From: Trichinella spiralis
Lineage: Eukaryota
Direction: 5' to 3'
Assembly (NCBI RefSeq): GCF_000181795.1
Contig: NW_003526941.1
Span: 6,881,051 to 6,945,050 of the forward strand
DNA: 64,000 nucleotides
The position numbers and the translations under genes were made by a program. Of the stretch, positions 47,429 to 59,856 are shown piece by piece. The stretch's first letter is position 1. Every line of letters starts with the position of its first letter. Under the pieces are notes generated by a model, which worked only from the letters and a program-made list of their open reading frames with translations, searched no databases and was not told the origin of the DNA.

Positions 47429-50400
47429 TCAAGCTAATCCAATGACTCCACACGCAATACCATTACTTTCAAGCACTGGAGTGCCAAATCCAGGCGCACC
47501 TTTGCGGTGAAAGACTAATGTTCGCCCAACTACAGATGTAGGACCACTAAGTGTGAACTGTTTTGTTTCAATGCTAACATTGGCATGTCCAGCTGAATCC
47601 GCTTCAGCCATGCCAATTAGACTGGCTTGCTGAAAGCTGTTAAAACTTCCACTGGCCTGTTGTCCAAAAAATGGCCCGGCTGAAGTGCACGGTTCACTAA
47701 TATCGCCATTTTCATGAACATGTAATTCATAACGGCCTTCAGGCAAACCATTCACGGTACCGGTAACTTCGGTTCGACCTTGGAACTCTTCCATAGATAA
47801 CACGCCACTGACTTGACCATCTTTGCTTGTTAAACTGATCACTGCTTTATCAGAAGCAACACCTACTGTAATGTTTATGTTATAATCGACAGCATTAATG
47901 TATGCTTCGCATTTTCATTTTGAATGTTTTTGAAACATAAAAAGTATCGACTAAATCAACATTCACCTTGTGTGGTCGGAGGGGACTGTGGTTCATGACT
48001 TTCTTGACACTGTGCTTTTGGAACACAAGCTGATGTAGGATCTTTAGAATGCAAACGAACATAACCAATACGACAAACACATCCCGGTTTGCACTCAGTT
48101 TGTGTACAGTAGGCAGCTGTATGTAAGTTATCACATCCAATTTGGCACGTTGGCACGCAGTTGGAATATTCTTCATCTTGACGATCACAGGTGATAAACT
48201 GTTGACCTGAAAAAACAAAAAACTTACTAGAAGCAATCATCAAGCTTTTATCATTATTTTATTTATTCTCAGAGGGAATGTCCCAAAAAATAGCAAGTTT
48301 ACTGACACGCTGATGTTTATTTTCGTTTTCATAGATGATGAGAACAATGCTTGACACAGGTATAGTTATCTGTTAACAAAAGTATTGGTTCTTCTTTAAA
48401 AAAACTTTACATTTTCTTATATTGAGAGTTGATGAAGTGCAGCAGTTATAAGATGTATGTGGATAAATTTAAAATTTTCACTTTGTGTAACTTTAATTTC
48501 GTGCATCAAAATTCTATTAGCTCTGGCATGGAATACATCACAAAAAGAGCTGTTCTGTTTGATCAGTACTTCATAAACATGAAGTTTAGTGACTGAACAC
48601 TTTAATAGTTTCTGTTCATGCTGTACAGTTTAAATAGCTTTTTTCTTTACAAAGCTGAATACTTTTTTATCTATGAAAAAATAGTAAAGTTCAACAGGAA
48701 CAAATCAATTTGAATTTTTGTAAATTTGTAAGTTTACAAAAACGAGAAAAAATACATCAGACCCGATCACATTATTCAAGTCCAATAAGTACCTTTGCTT
48801 GGATGTTTTTCAAAAGAAGTACCGCTTGCGCTCATCGTATCCAAGGCCGTTTCTGGAACACACATTGCACTGATTCTGCAGCAACGCATTCCTGCTGGGC
48901 ATTCAAAATCTCCTTGGCATTTATCCAACTGACGAAATGGGGTCGCTTGACCGCTGGGTTGTAATTGAAATCCAGCTCCACCGGATGGTGGACACGGTCC
49001 ACTTTGTGATATTGTTTCCGTTGCGAAGCCAGGTTTGATGTTGTACGGGTCGATTGAGGTGACGGATTCCTGAACTGCCAGACAACGTCGTCCTACAGGA
49101 GTTTCACAGCACTTTTTCGTATCGGGGCAGTGGACATCCATTTGACAGTGGGGACTGCCCAAGGCCATGACTCTAAGAGGAGGTGGGCCAGCACGCTGTG
49201 TAGGACAGTAACCAGGTTTTTCTGTTACTACTGGAACAATTTGAGCTGGTCTCTGCATTGCGCTGGTGTCTGGATACGGTTGACCGAAAGTCATCGGCGA
49301 CGATGGTTCACCTCCTTTCATCAACGACTGTGATGGAAACTCTCCTGAAATAGTGTAAGGTTGTGGTTGCACTTGCACTTGTAAATTAGGTTGCAGTTTC
49401 AATTGTTCTGATGGCGGTATTTGACACTGACGCCCACAACCATTATAGCAGCACTGTTCCAACTGAGCACAGTCAGTGTCAGCCTGGCATCTATCTGAGC
49501 ACATGTTCATTGCCAGTTGTGGTCTGCATACTTTTGCTGGCCTGATTCGACCAGCTTTGGCCGAATTATACATTTCAGCACCGCCAAGCATAGGCGGCTT
49601 TACTTGACGATGTTGTTCGCGAAGCATATCACAAGGAAGCAAGCCTGCTCGACTGGGATTCATCATCTGAGTCATTTTTGTTGACGGAGCAGTCTTGCGT
49701 GAACCTTCAATTTCTTGTCCTTTTTCCGTAACGCACCAACATTCTCCACTTCTTGCATCACACTGCACTGGTTCATAATTACCATCTGGCGTGCATGATG
49801 GTCGAAATCCATCTGGACCGGGTCGTAACGCTACTTGAGCACATTCTGAAAGCGTTTTCTCCTTCATCAACAATATCGATCAAATTTACGAAATCTTTAA
49901 CTTTAAACAATATATTCAGCATTTTTTAAATTGTAGTGCAACTTCAGAAAATAATGGCAGTCACGTATTTTGAAATAATAAAACAAGGAGAGTACAAGAA
50001 ATAAAGCAGAACTGGACAAATGAGTCAAGGAACAATTTTGAAAGTAAAATGACAAATCACTGTTAAATTTTTAAAGAATTATCATCGCTTTGATTGCATG
50101 ACAAATTTTGAGCTATTATTAATAGGAAAGATATTATATGAATTACCTGCTCAGCTAATCTAGTTGAATTCTCTTCTAGAAGTGGCTAGTTTGTTATTTT
50201 GAAGTATTTGTCAATAATATAACTTTTGTTGAAGTGATTCTTATTTGAATAATCAATGCGAATCTTATTTTAAAACTAGTTAGCTTTAGTTAACTTGAAA
50301 ATGGCATGAAATATGTGAATGGCATGTGCGTGAATTTTTCCATGATCGAAGTTCCATGACTTTGAATTAATTACAAATGTATCATTTCGAATATAAAATT

Positions 50401-51024
50401 ATTCTTATTTTTCTTATTATTATAGTTTGCTTTTTCTTTGAGGAGAAATTTATGGAATTTCAATTCTGTATCCAGTTTTAGTGCTTTTTTAAATTGAAAG
50501 CATGACATAATGAATTATTTTCATTAATTCCCCTCTTTGTTGCGTCATTTTGACTGCGCGAAGAATTGGGCCATTTACAAATACAATTGATATTTCTAAA
50601 AAGAAATTTGGCCTGTACTAGTGGAACAACGTTCACGAAAATTCATCACTATAATAAATTTAAAGCTTTCAATCAGTCAAAAGTTGATTATCAAATATTT
50701 CAAGTTTTTTTCCCCTTTTTCATAAAAAATATTATTAAAAAATCTGATAGTAGAATGAATTTACTTGGACAGCAGTAACCGTGGATGCAGTTGAAATTTT
50801 TGGGACAAGCTCGAGTTAGGGTACAACGACCGACAGACATCCGTTTGCCAGGGCATATGGCACCTGTAAGAAGATGTAATTAATTGAATCAGTGCTGAAT
50901 CATTGAATTACAAATAATTAAAGCAAATGCGCAAAACCAATTATAATATTATTACAAATTCTATTATATGAATGTGTGTGTATGCATGTGTATATAAATA
51001 ATTATAATAGATGGACAATTTATG

Positions 51025-51076
<52 letters not shown>

Positions 51077-51151
51077 ATATGACTGACCTTTTCCCAAGGT
51101 AAACCAAAGTGTTGTTAATAAAAAGGCAAGCGGAATTTTATGAATGACCAT
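47429..51151 (-). CDS. Secreted multidomain protein: signal peptide, CC-type Cys module, thyroglobulin type-1, three WAP-like modules, TIL, Cu/Zn-SOD-like domain (exons 51151-51088, 50863-50765, 49845-48793, 48206-47967, 47865-47429; 630 aa)
   Basis: All four introns are GT-AG in phase 1 and the internal exons are 99, 1053 and 240 nt. Motifs: MVIHKIPLAFLLTTLWFTLG; CPGKR..CPKNFNCIHGYCCP; QCDARSGECWCV; CQADTDCAQLEQCCYNGCGRQC; KPGYCP..CPDTKKCC; 10-Cys TIL CDRQDEEYSNC..CKPGCVCRIGYVR..CVPKAQC; SOD KAVISL..GLPEGRYELHVHENGD..CTSAGP..SVVGRTLVFH..IACGVIG. The domains are clear; the single-gene join at 48793/48206 is inferred. Confidence 0.75.
51036..51073. repeat. (TG)n microsatellite in intron 1 of the inhibitor-SOD gene
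   Basis: Uninterrupted TG run preceded by (TA)n. Confidence 0.95.
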
Positions 51152-54100
51152 TTGTTTAAGTTGCGGAATAGAATAGGTCGAAGTAGATATTTTCCACGGC
51201 ACCGGGCAAGCTGTACTGACTTCTTTTGGCAAGCAGTGCAGTAAGTTTGACAATTTCCCCCCCTAGCTGATTGAAACCTTAAACTAGGCGGCCCGGAAAA
51301 AAATATATATATTTATGCATATATATATACAATTGGGACCTTCTGCTCACCCAAGACCAGGTAAAGACATTTGCAGCCGATGATTGATTCAGGTCGCCCC
51401 CATGGACCTACTCTGTTTTTAACCTCCTTCCTGTCATTGTAGTCTTTTCATTTGGCGGCCTTGCTGCCGACAGCAGCAATCATGGCTAATTAGACATAAT
51501 GGTCTTGATTCTGCTAGTTTCCAGGTATTCTTTGCATGGCATCTTGTAAACACGCATGCATTCTACATACAATGGCTGAGCAAGCAGTTTGAACGAAAAC
51601 AAACAGACTAGAACCAAAGTGTAGCGTTGATGGAAATTGTCCATTGCTTGAAATAATATTTTAAAATACTGTTCGTGTAAAGATAAACTTTTAAACTGTT
51701 TAAAGAAATGAGTGAAAACCGCAAAACTGTACTTTGAATGTATAAGATAGGATGTGAACAATGAACGCTTTTCATCTTTTACTTATAAATTAAATTTGAA
51801 ATGCATATTTTTTGTCAGAAAAGCAAAAAGTTGAAATTTTGTTTTCATTTACATATATATATATATATATATGTATATGTACATTTTTTGCTGTTTATTT
51901 GTACAGTAACAAGAAGAATACAATATTATGTAAAAATATGCCAAAAGTTGTCAATTTATAAAATTGCTAATCAATGGAAAAAGGTGAAGCCAAGAAATGA
52001 GGTCAGATTGAAGGGAATTCAATGCTACTGTAATTTACAATGCACAATTGAGTGCGTTGGATTATTTTAGTTCAAAAAAGTTTGTTTAATCAAGTTGAAA
52101 CTTCTTGGTGATGAATTATTTTTTTGAAGTAGAACTTTCAATTGACGTCATGTTTAATTTATTGTTCAAAGTCCTTGCTCATCACGGGTATAATTAGAAA
52201 TTGGTTTTTTTTGTCATTTTTTTGAGCAGGATGAGGGTGGGGTGGAAATTAAATGTTAATTTTTTGTATCATGATATTATAATTTCTGGAGCATGTATAA
52301 GCTTTTTTTATTTCATTGTAAAAAGAAAAGAGAAAGTGTTCATTGGTAATTGCCGCTTCATTAATTGAACACATTCATTTGTTAGTGCTGGTGATAGTGT
52401 TGTTCATTCATGTAGAGCATGTAATTGAATGAAGCAGAAACTGGAAAATTGTATTATAAAGTTATGGGTTTTCAAATGTGATCGACATTATGTGAAAAAA
52501 GGGAAAGAAGGCAACTTGATGTGGAAACAATGTACATTTGGAAAAGTAATCAAGTGCAGAATTTTTAATGAAAATTTCCCAATACAAATGAATTACTGTT
52601 GGCGATTTTTCGATCAATTGCATTTGCTGCAATTTTTACTCAAAGTAATATTGTTAAATTTGACGCAGCTTGTAAACTCTGAAGCGCAAATAATTAAACT
52701 TACAGCAAGAACAATATTGAAATGATTGACTTTTTTCTTTTATCCAATTTTACTTTAAGCACAATTTGTAAATTTAAAAAAAAATTCGAAATATTTATTC
52801 TTCATGCATAAGGTTAGTTTGAGAAAATGTTGTTTAAAAATGATCCATCCATACATTGATGATGTTTTAAATTTATACGTGAAAGCATTTCACACTGGTT
52901 TTCGGTTGATCAATGTAAAGCACGCTTTGCAAAGAAACAAAACCAAATCCAGTTTACAATTGAAATGAAATTCTTATCAAATCTACAAATATACTGTGAT
53001 AGTATGCAAATTTAGTTTCAAATTATCTCACGCAGTGAAAAATTGGTTTTTTTTCCATTAATATGTTTCATTATAATGTCAAAGTTGTTTTTTTAGCGGA
53101 ATTTTGAATGATAGAAACGAGAAATAAACGACGTTAAGCTGAAGAACATCGATCATCAGAAGTGAGCAAATGAAAATAGTCTCAAATGTCGACTGCTGCG
53201 CCCTCCGGTGAAGCGCAATCACGACGGTCCATCGTTTGCTTATCACACCGTTATTCAAGTGGTTGATTTCTTCGCTTTACCATCGTTCAATTGCTGTATC
53301 ACAACAACAACAACAACAACAACAAATTTATTCTTCCGCATTAAACGTTGATGGAGTGGAAATGATGCTTTTTTCACTTTGCAATCAAATGCTTCTGTGG
53401 AGAACCGGACAAATTTCCATTACAGTAGTTCCCTTCTATGCAACGATCGCTTACTAATTGACATGTAAGTGAATTCTTTATTTATTTATTTATTTATTTC
53501 GGGTTCTTCTTCTTCTTCACTTTTCATTCGTAATTTATTATCAGAGTGAACAAATTCAATTAAGTTTTAATATAAAAATTTATTTAATCAAAAAAGAGAA
53601 AATACTGCAATTGTAATGCAAACATTTTTCTATGCTTTTGGGTTTTGTTTCAAATTCTTAAGTGGTTTTGATCGGATTTTGATTCTGATCAATTATTTGA
53701 GAGATTTGTATTCTGTCAAAATTAACAAATTGCAATTCCATCACTGAATCACTGATCAGAAAGCAGATTGTAAATTGATTTTTTTTTTAAATTTTTTGCT
53801 CGTTGTGAAATGTCAACGTGATTTTTATGCTTCGATGTTTATTCGAAAAGCTTGACATTTTAAACAGCTTGAATTTGTGTGTATGTTTTTCTGCTTTGAC
53901 GCGTTCTTAAAGTGGCATTTTTCTGCTTGCACGCGTTCGTTCACATGCTTCTCTTGAAATGGCCACGTCCTTGCAAACGCACATTCCAATCAAATATAGA
54001 TGGATTTTTCCTTTTCAGATTTTTATCAAATTATACATTCAATATAATCATTATTTCAATCAGTGAAATGTTAACAGATAATTGTTAGCAATAATTTCAT

Positions 54101-54579
54101 CTGATACATTTTGCTTTCGAAAAAGCGATTCCAACAATCTGATTGTTTATTTTTGTCTGTTTATAACGGAAAGAATTACGCAAATCAGCGTTATTAATTC
54201 CCGTTCAGTGCCGGAGATGTGTTCTTTCTTAAATATTTATGAAAAAAATTTTTTCAACAGTTCAGTGGAAAATTCGAAAATACACCATCTAAATGATTTG
54301 CCTTTTCATTTTGTTTACAATATTCAAAATTGATCTCATATAAATTTATTTGCTTTGTGCGGAAAAAAAATTGAAAGGCCAGTTGTAATATTTTTCATCT
54401 TATTTTAAAATTTTATGATAACAACGCCCTTCCAAACTTGCCCATTGCTTTTTAACACTAGCCAAGTAACCAAAAACAATTTTATCTTCTCGTTGAGCGA
54501 AAAACATTTGCATATTCTTGCTTCAGTTCCTATCAAATTCATTGAACGTTAACGATGATTGAGCATTTTCTAACGTTCT

Positions 54580-54609
54580 TTTTGTTTGTTTGTTTGTTTG
54601 TTTGTTTGT
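54580..54609. repeat. (TTTG)n tetranucleotide repeat
   Basis: tttgtttgtttg run seen directly. Confidence 0.85.
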
Positions 54610-56797
54610 TGTATTCGATTATTATATTGTTACTCAAATAGATGTAGAGAAATAATTGATAATTTAAACGAAAGCAATAACGATAGAAAAATTGGTTCGT
54701 ACGTGGATTGAATAAATAAATATTTATGTATATTTTTAAAAAAAATCATTGAGAATATAGAGTATGTAAATAAATAAAAGGTAACAGAGCAGAAAAATTG
54801 CATCCATTGTAATAAAGCTGTGGAGCGGTGAGAAAAAGTGAGGAGATGAAAAATGCAATGAGGAACAGCAAGCACGCTTTTCACTTTGACCGGACCGCGT
54901 TGGCGGTTATCATTAATCATTGAATATTGTTGAGCAAGCAATGGGCCGGATGTCAGTGATAAAGCGCCAGTCGATCACAAACATCGTCTTTTATATCCTT
55001 TTCAATGATTCAATATTCAGATCAATATGAATAAAAGAAAACATTGAAACACATGAAAGCTAAATTGCTGCTTTTCTCTTGCTGAAGGCATTTTCTCATT
55101 TCAGAAGGGAAAAGTTTTACAAGGTTCACAGTCATATTAGTTCTCCTGCGTTTTATTTGTAAACTTTTTATGCCATTTCCATTAGTAAGAATTTTAAAAA
55201 AATTTTCTTTTTCATTTACTGATGAAAATTTCGTTCGCTGCAGCCATGTATGTATGTAAGCTTAAAAATTTGTTTTATATACTTTATTTATGAATTATTA
55301 TTATTATTATTATTTCTTAATCTTAAAAATCACACCTGTAGGAACAGAATAAATTTATCAAATTGCTGCAAATTATTCGATTCATTTGAAAATTAAGTTA
55401 ATTCAAAGAAATGCGATTTGAATAATTAACAAAATGATTATCCTGTTGAGAATCTTTGCATGTTCTTGCATCATTTTACCTATGTCATTATAATAATAGT
55501 TTTATTCCATTGAATATGCAAATATTTTTTGAATAGCTCATAATTTCCATTATAAAATGGGCCAAAATGGAAGCACATTTGGTTTGTTGAAATAGATTTT
55601 ACTAATTTCAGAAAGATTAAAATTTAAAATTTGAACCGCTCCCTAGTTTGAATTGCAAAATGAATAAAGAAAGAAGAATGAAAATATCTCTGTTCAATTT
55701 TGAGATTTCTATATTGAAAAATATCAGTGCATAAAATTGAATTTTATTGCTGGTAATTGAGAACAAACTTGTCATTAAAGATAAGAAGGGCAACAAGTTT
55801 GGTTCTTCAATTTTTCCTTGCTGCATTCAGCTGAGAATTTGCAATTTTATGATGGAAATGATTTTCACTTGATTTTCTGATAAACGAACTGCATTCAGTA
55901 GAACAAATTACCCTGAGATTGAATCAAATTTTACTCCCTCGAACTTGCTGGGCGACTTATTCAAATGTTCCGATTGTAGTGATTTTTGTTTTTATTCAGT
56001 GTCATAATTTCTTTTCTCTCAATAATGCAATAGATCATGTAAGCTTTACTTCAAAACAGTAACAATATTTATGCATTTGTAATTATTGTAAGTTTGATTT
56101 AAAATTTAGATATTTTAACAGAGTATATCAGAAGAATGAATGAATTTTCAGGGCTGTCGGTGAAATATTTTGTCGAGTGAACATTTTGTGTTAAGCATTA
56201 TTTTTATTTACTTTATTAATTGAAGTGAAATTCAAATGCCTTCTAGTTGTTCAGTAGAAAAATGGATGTCTCCGTGCTGGTATATTTGCTTTAATGTCTC
56301 ACATTTCACATTTAAAAGCATCATTGTCTAGATGGATAACCATATTGAAAAGCATGCAGTAGATAAAATCGTGCTTTCTTGATATTTAATTAGCCGACTA
56401 GATTGATCAATAACAGAAGGGAATTCCACTTTTCACTGGAAACGTATCATCATATTTTATTAGTCGTCAAAAGCCATCATTAGCTGAGCATTGGATAGCA
56501 TCTATTAGTCTCTGATTTTTTTTCTTATTTTTCCTGTTTATGAAATACTTATTAAATTAAAAAAGAAAAAGAAAGGGATTCTAAACTGCTTGCTCTTCAA
56601 AACGAATATTTATTGAGAAGTATTAATCATTAAGAAGCGGAAGAAGAAGAAGAAGAAGAATATAGAAAATATTTTTAAAAAAAAGCATGATGAATGCGAA
56701 TTTGTTTTTGACAGAATAATGGAGAAATATTTTACCTTACAGGTTTTATTGTTCTTATAACTGGATGTAATGAATATTGGCGTTGCAATATAAAATT

Positions 56798-57529
56798 ATG
56801 AAGTCAGCTGGCGGCATATTGTTGTGGTTAATATATATTACAAGTCAACTAGTGTCAACTTTCAGTTGGCTAAAAATTCGTGCAGTTTGGCTTGATTTAG
56901 ACGAAGCTTGCTATTTGCCAGTTTGTCATAAAGCGATGTTTGAAATTTCATTAATGGCCAACGACGTGCGACGCAGTGTCAATTGGCCTCTTGATCACAA
57001 TGAGGCAAATTTGGTGGACACAGATTTGCCACTTCCGGCTAATTTTGAAGAACTGGAAGCAAATGTATCTGTTCGGATTATTGGCACTGATCCAGTGTAC
57101 GGTTTTCAAAGAGTCTGTGACAGTGTCGAACATACCAGCACCAATTTGACTCCAGGCGAAGGAAGAGGTGCCGTTCTGAATGGTCGTTGTTTCAACACTA
57201 CGTTGATTTTTATTTCCAACGCTGAACTGTCTTGCAATGCAACCGTCATAGCTAATGACAATTCTTCAGGGCAAAATTTTGGATCGTCATTTTCATTATT
57301 ATCTGCAAGTAGTTTTGCACATATTGTTTTACCGGTGCTTCTCGTTGCTGTTGCTTTCGTTACGTTCGCTATTACAGTACTTGGTTTTTTGGCATTGACT
57401 GGTAGACGTCAAGATGGAATTCCAAGTGTTGCAGAAAGAAAATCCTCTTCTAGACGACAATCTAGAAGCTCCGTCTCATGTTGTTGGCCTGCTTGTGTCA
57501 GTGATTGTTCATTGATTGAGCAGGTGTGA
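56798..57529 (+). CDS. Single-exon type I membrane protein with a Cys-containing beta-rich ectodomain (possibly C2-like); function unknown
   Basis: Signal MKSAGGILLWLIYITSQLVSTFS; ectodomain with alternating beta patterns and N-glycosylation sequons (NVS, NLT, NTT, NAT, NSS); TM IVLPVLLVAVAFVTFAITVLGFLAL; Ser/Arg-rich tail ending EQV. Confidence 0.75.
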   Translation: MKSAGGILLWLIYITSQLVSTFSWLKIRAVWLDLDEACYLPVCHKAMFEISLMANDVRRSVNWPLDHNEANLVDTDLPLPANFEELEANVSVRIIGTDPVYGFQRVCDSVEHTSTNLTPGEGRGAVLNGRCFNTTLIFISNAELSCNATVIANDNSSGQNFGSSFSLLSASSFAHIVLPVLLVAVAFVTFAITVLGFLALTGRRQDGIPSVAERKSSSRRQSRSSVSCCWPACVSDCSLIEQV

Positions 57530-58249
57530 ATTTTGAAAATTTCCTTTTTCCAATCACTGTTACTGGAAATCACATTCTTTCTACACACTCATAAAGCGAA
57601 GTGTTTTTCTTGTCGTCTGAATTTGAATCTTGCTTCTTTTGACCTCAAATGTGTATTTGTTTATTCAGATTACTATAAAAAAAAGTAAGAAAATCTACAT
57701 GTATATTTTGAGAAAAAGTTTTCAAAGCATGCATCAGTCGGTCTACATTATACAGAACGAAGCAGTGCAATCAATTCTAAGCAGTGGAGGTATTCAAAGG
57801 AGAAATTCAATTCTGAGCCTATTCTTAAAATAAAAAGAAACCAAAGTTTAAAGTCATTGATTAAACATAATCTAATCTAATGCATGCATGCTATTAATGA
57901 TAGTTCAACATCAGCTGTACAATCGGTCGCTTGTATTTCAAATATAATTTCTATCTAAGAAGCATTCTAAGCTGGGAGCAAATGAGTTTTGTCATCCGAT
58001 TCTATTGTATTTGATATTGACATGACATTATGGATAAGAAGGCAGCTTCTGCTAACTGATTTGCTAATGTGAGAAAGTCAAATAATGTCATCGTAGCAGT
58101 TAATTCTTCTCAATTAAGCTACGTTATTAATTTGCACATTAGCATAGAAAATGCAATTAATTAAGATACCATTTATAACTTATAACTGCAGAACGAAATG
58201 GGCAATTCAATTAATGTAAAATTTTTCATTTACTGATATTTACGGTAAC

Positions 58250-59375
58250 ATGCAGAAACTTTTATGGGCTTTATGGCTTTATTCTATAATCAGTTTGGTC
58301 TTGAAGCAGGTATGAAGCATGTCTGCAGTTCAACTTTTAGTTTAATTTTTATTTATAATTTGAAGAGTCATGGAATAGACTGCGGAATAGGATGGCAGCG
58401 TGAGGGGATACTTGGTTATACGGTAATTATTTTTGGATTCAATGAAGGCAGGGTGTACAAAGACTGCATTGGAACGTTACTTCAAACAAGTCTAAATTGC
58501 AATTTTACCAACTTGGTTTTGACATCCAAAACTTGTGTGGAGAAAGAGTAAATTAAATTTGTTTATGCAGAATTCTTTCTTTTTTGATGATGAATTTCTT
58601 TTAAGAAACATTGAAAAAACTTTGGTGATTCCTACAAAATTATACAATCCTGCTCTACCAGATGGAGGTATAAGAATCAGGCAAATTCTCACGGGAAATG
58701 AATCGATAACATATCGCTCCGCGTTTATCCCAGTGAATTTTGCTTTACTGAAGTTGCACGTTCCAATTCGACTAGGAAATAAGCATTTTGCCGTTTGCCT
58801 TCCTCCTATGAGAATCAGACTTCCGTCACATGTACATTGCTTAGCTCCAAAGTTGTTAAATACTGCATCCATCAGCTACGGATCACCGTTAAAGATTGAA
58901 ATTTTGAGCAGTTCATATTGTTGGATGCATTTGCGATATATGAAATTCTTCTCCTACAAATTTATATGCGGGCATCTGAAATTTAGCTCTAGTTCGAGAG
59001 GAGATGATATTCAGGTAAGAATTTATACGAAACATGTGAAAATGTTGAAAAATAAGCTGAATCGCTTTTTCTTAAATCATCTAAACATGTAAGGCAAACT
59101 GCAACTAAAATGGTGATAGTGTTTTTTTCATCTGCAGAAAATTCATTTAGAAAAAGAATGTGCTTTTCGAAGGTCTTCCACTGTTGTGCAGGATTGGTAG
59201 AAAGTATTTCCAATATGGAGTATTTGATTGGGTTAAAAATTTTAAAAAAGATATGAATATTCCTCCGTTTACAATTTTTTCAGCAATTTATGGAATGATG
59301 GATGCAATTGAAAAGTATCGTTCTCAACATTATGTTGAAAGTTTTGCAAGTCACCTGATTATTCAAAACTTTTGA
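58250..59375 (+). CDS. Secreted trypsin-like (S1A) serine protease homolog, catalytically inactive; paralog A, 4 exons
   Basis: Signal MQKLLWALWLYSIISLVL; DCG; CIGTLL..LVLTSKTC (His57 to Thr); PVNFALLKL (Asp102 to Asn); VCLP; FICG; LFEGLPLLC (Ser195 to Glu); YFQYGVFDW. Confidence 0.8.
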
Positions 59376-59856
59376 AAGAAAGCTATTGAAGTTGTTTAAA
59401 TTAAAAACATAATTTTGGTTAATTTGATATGGATTTGTGATATTGTTATTTGCAGATTGCTTAAAAGTTGTTATTCTTTTTGAATTACTATTTAATCTAC
59501 AAATGATCCAGTTATGAATATGTAAAAATTTGAAATTTTTTTTGAATGCAATCATTTATTATTATTATTATTATTATCTCTTTATTTTTATCTGGGATTG
59601 AAATAGTCGTTAATTTCACGTTGCTTATTTTGTATTTATTCAAAACATGAATATTCTTTTCATATTTTATTTAATTTCAAGTCTTTTCAAATTTAAGTTG
59701 TACTTAGTCACTGAAATAATCTGCTTTTTTGTTAATTTTTTTATTGGGAAAACATTTTGATAAACAATTCGGGAGAATTTTATTAAATGAAACTGTTGCG
59801 GTTGTGCAATTTGATGGATGAATAAGGAATCATGAAGTGAATATTGGATGATCAGT

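Noticed and set aside
48244..48420. Independent first exon for a separate TIL-SOD gene
   Set aside because: No ATG-initiated signal peptide with a usable donor; the nearest GTAAGT would give only a 21-nt intron.
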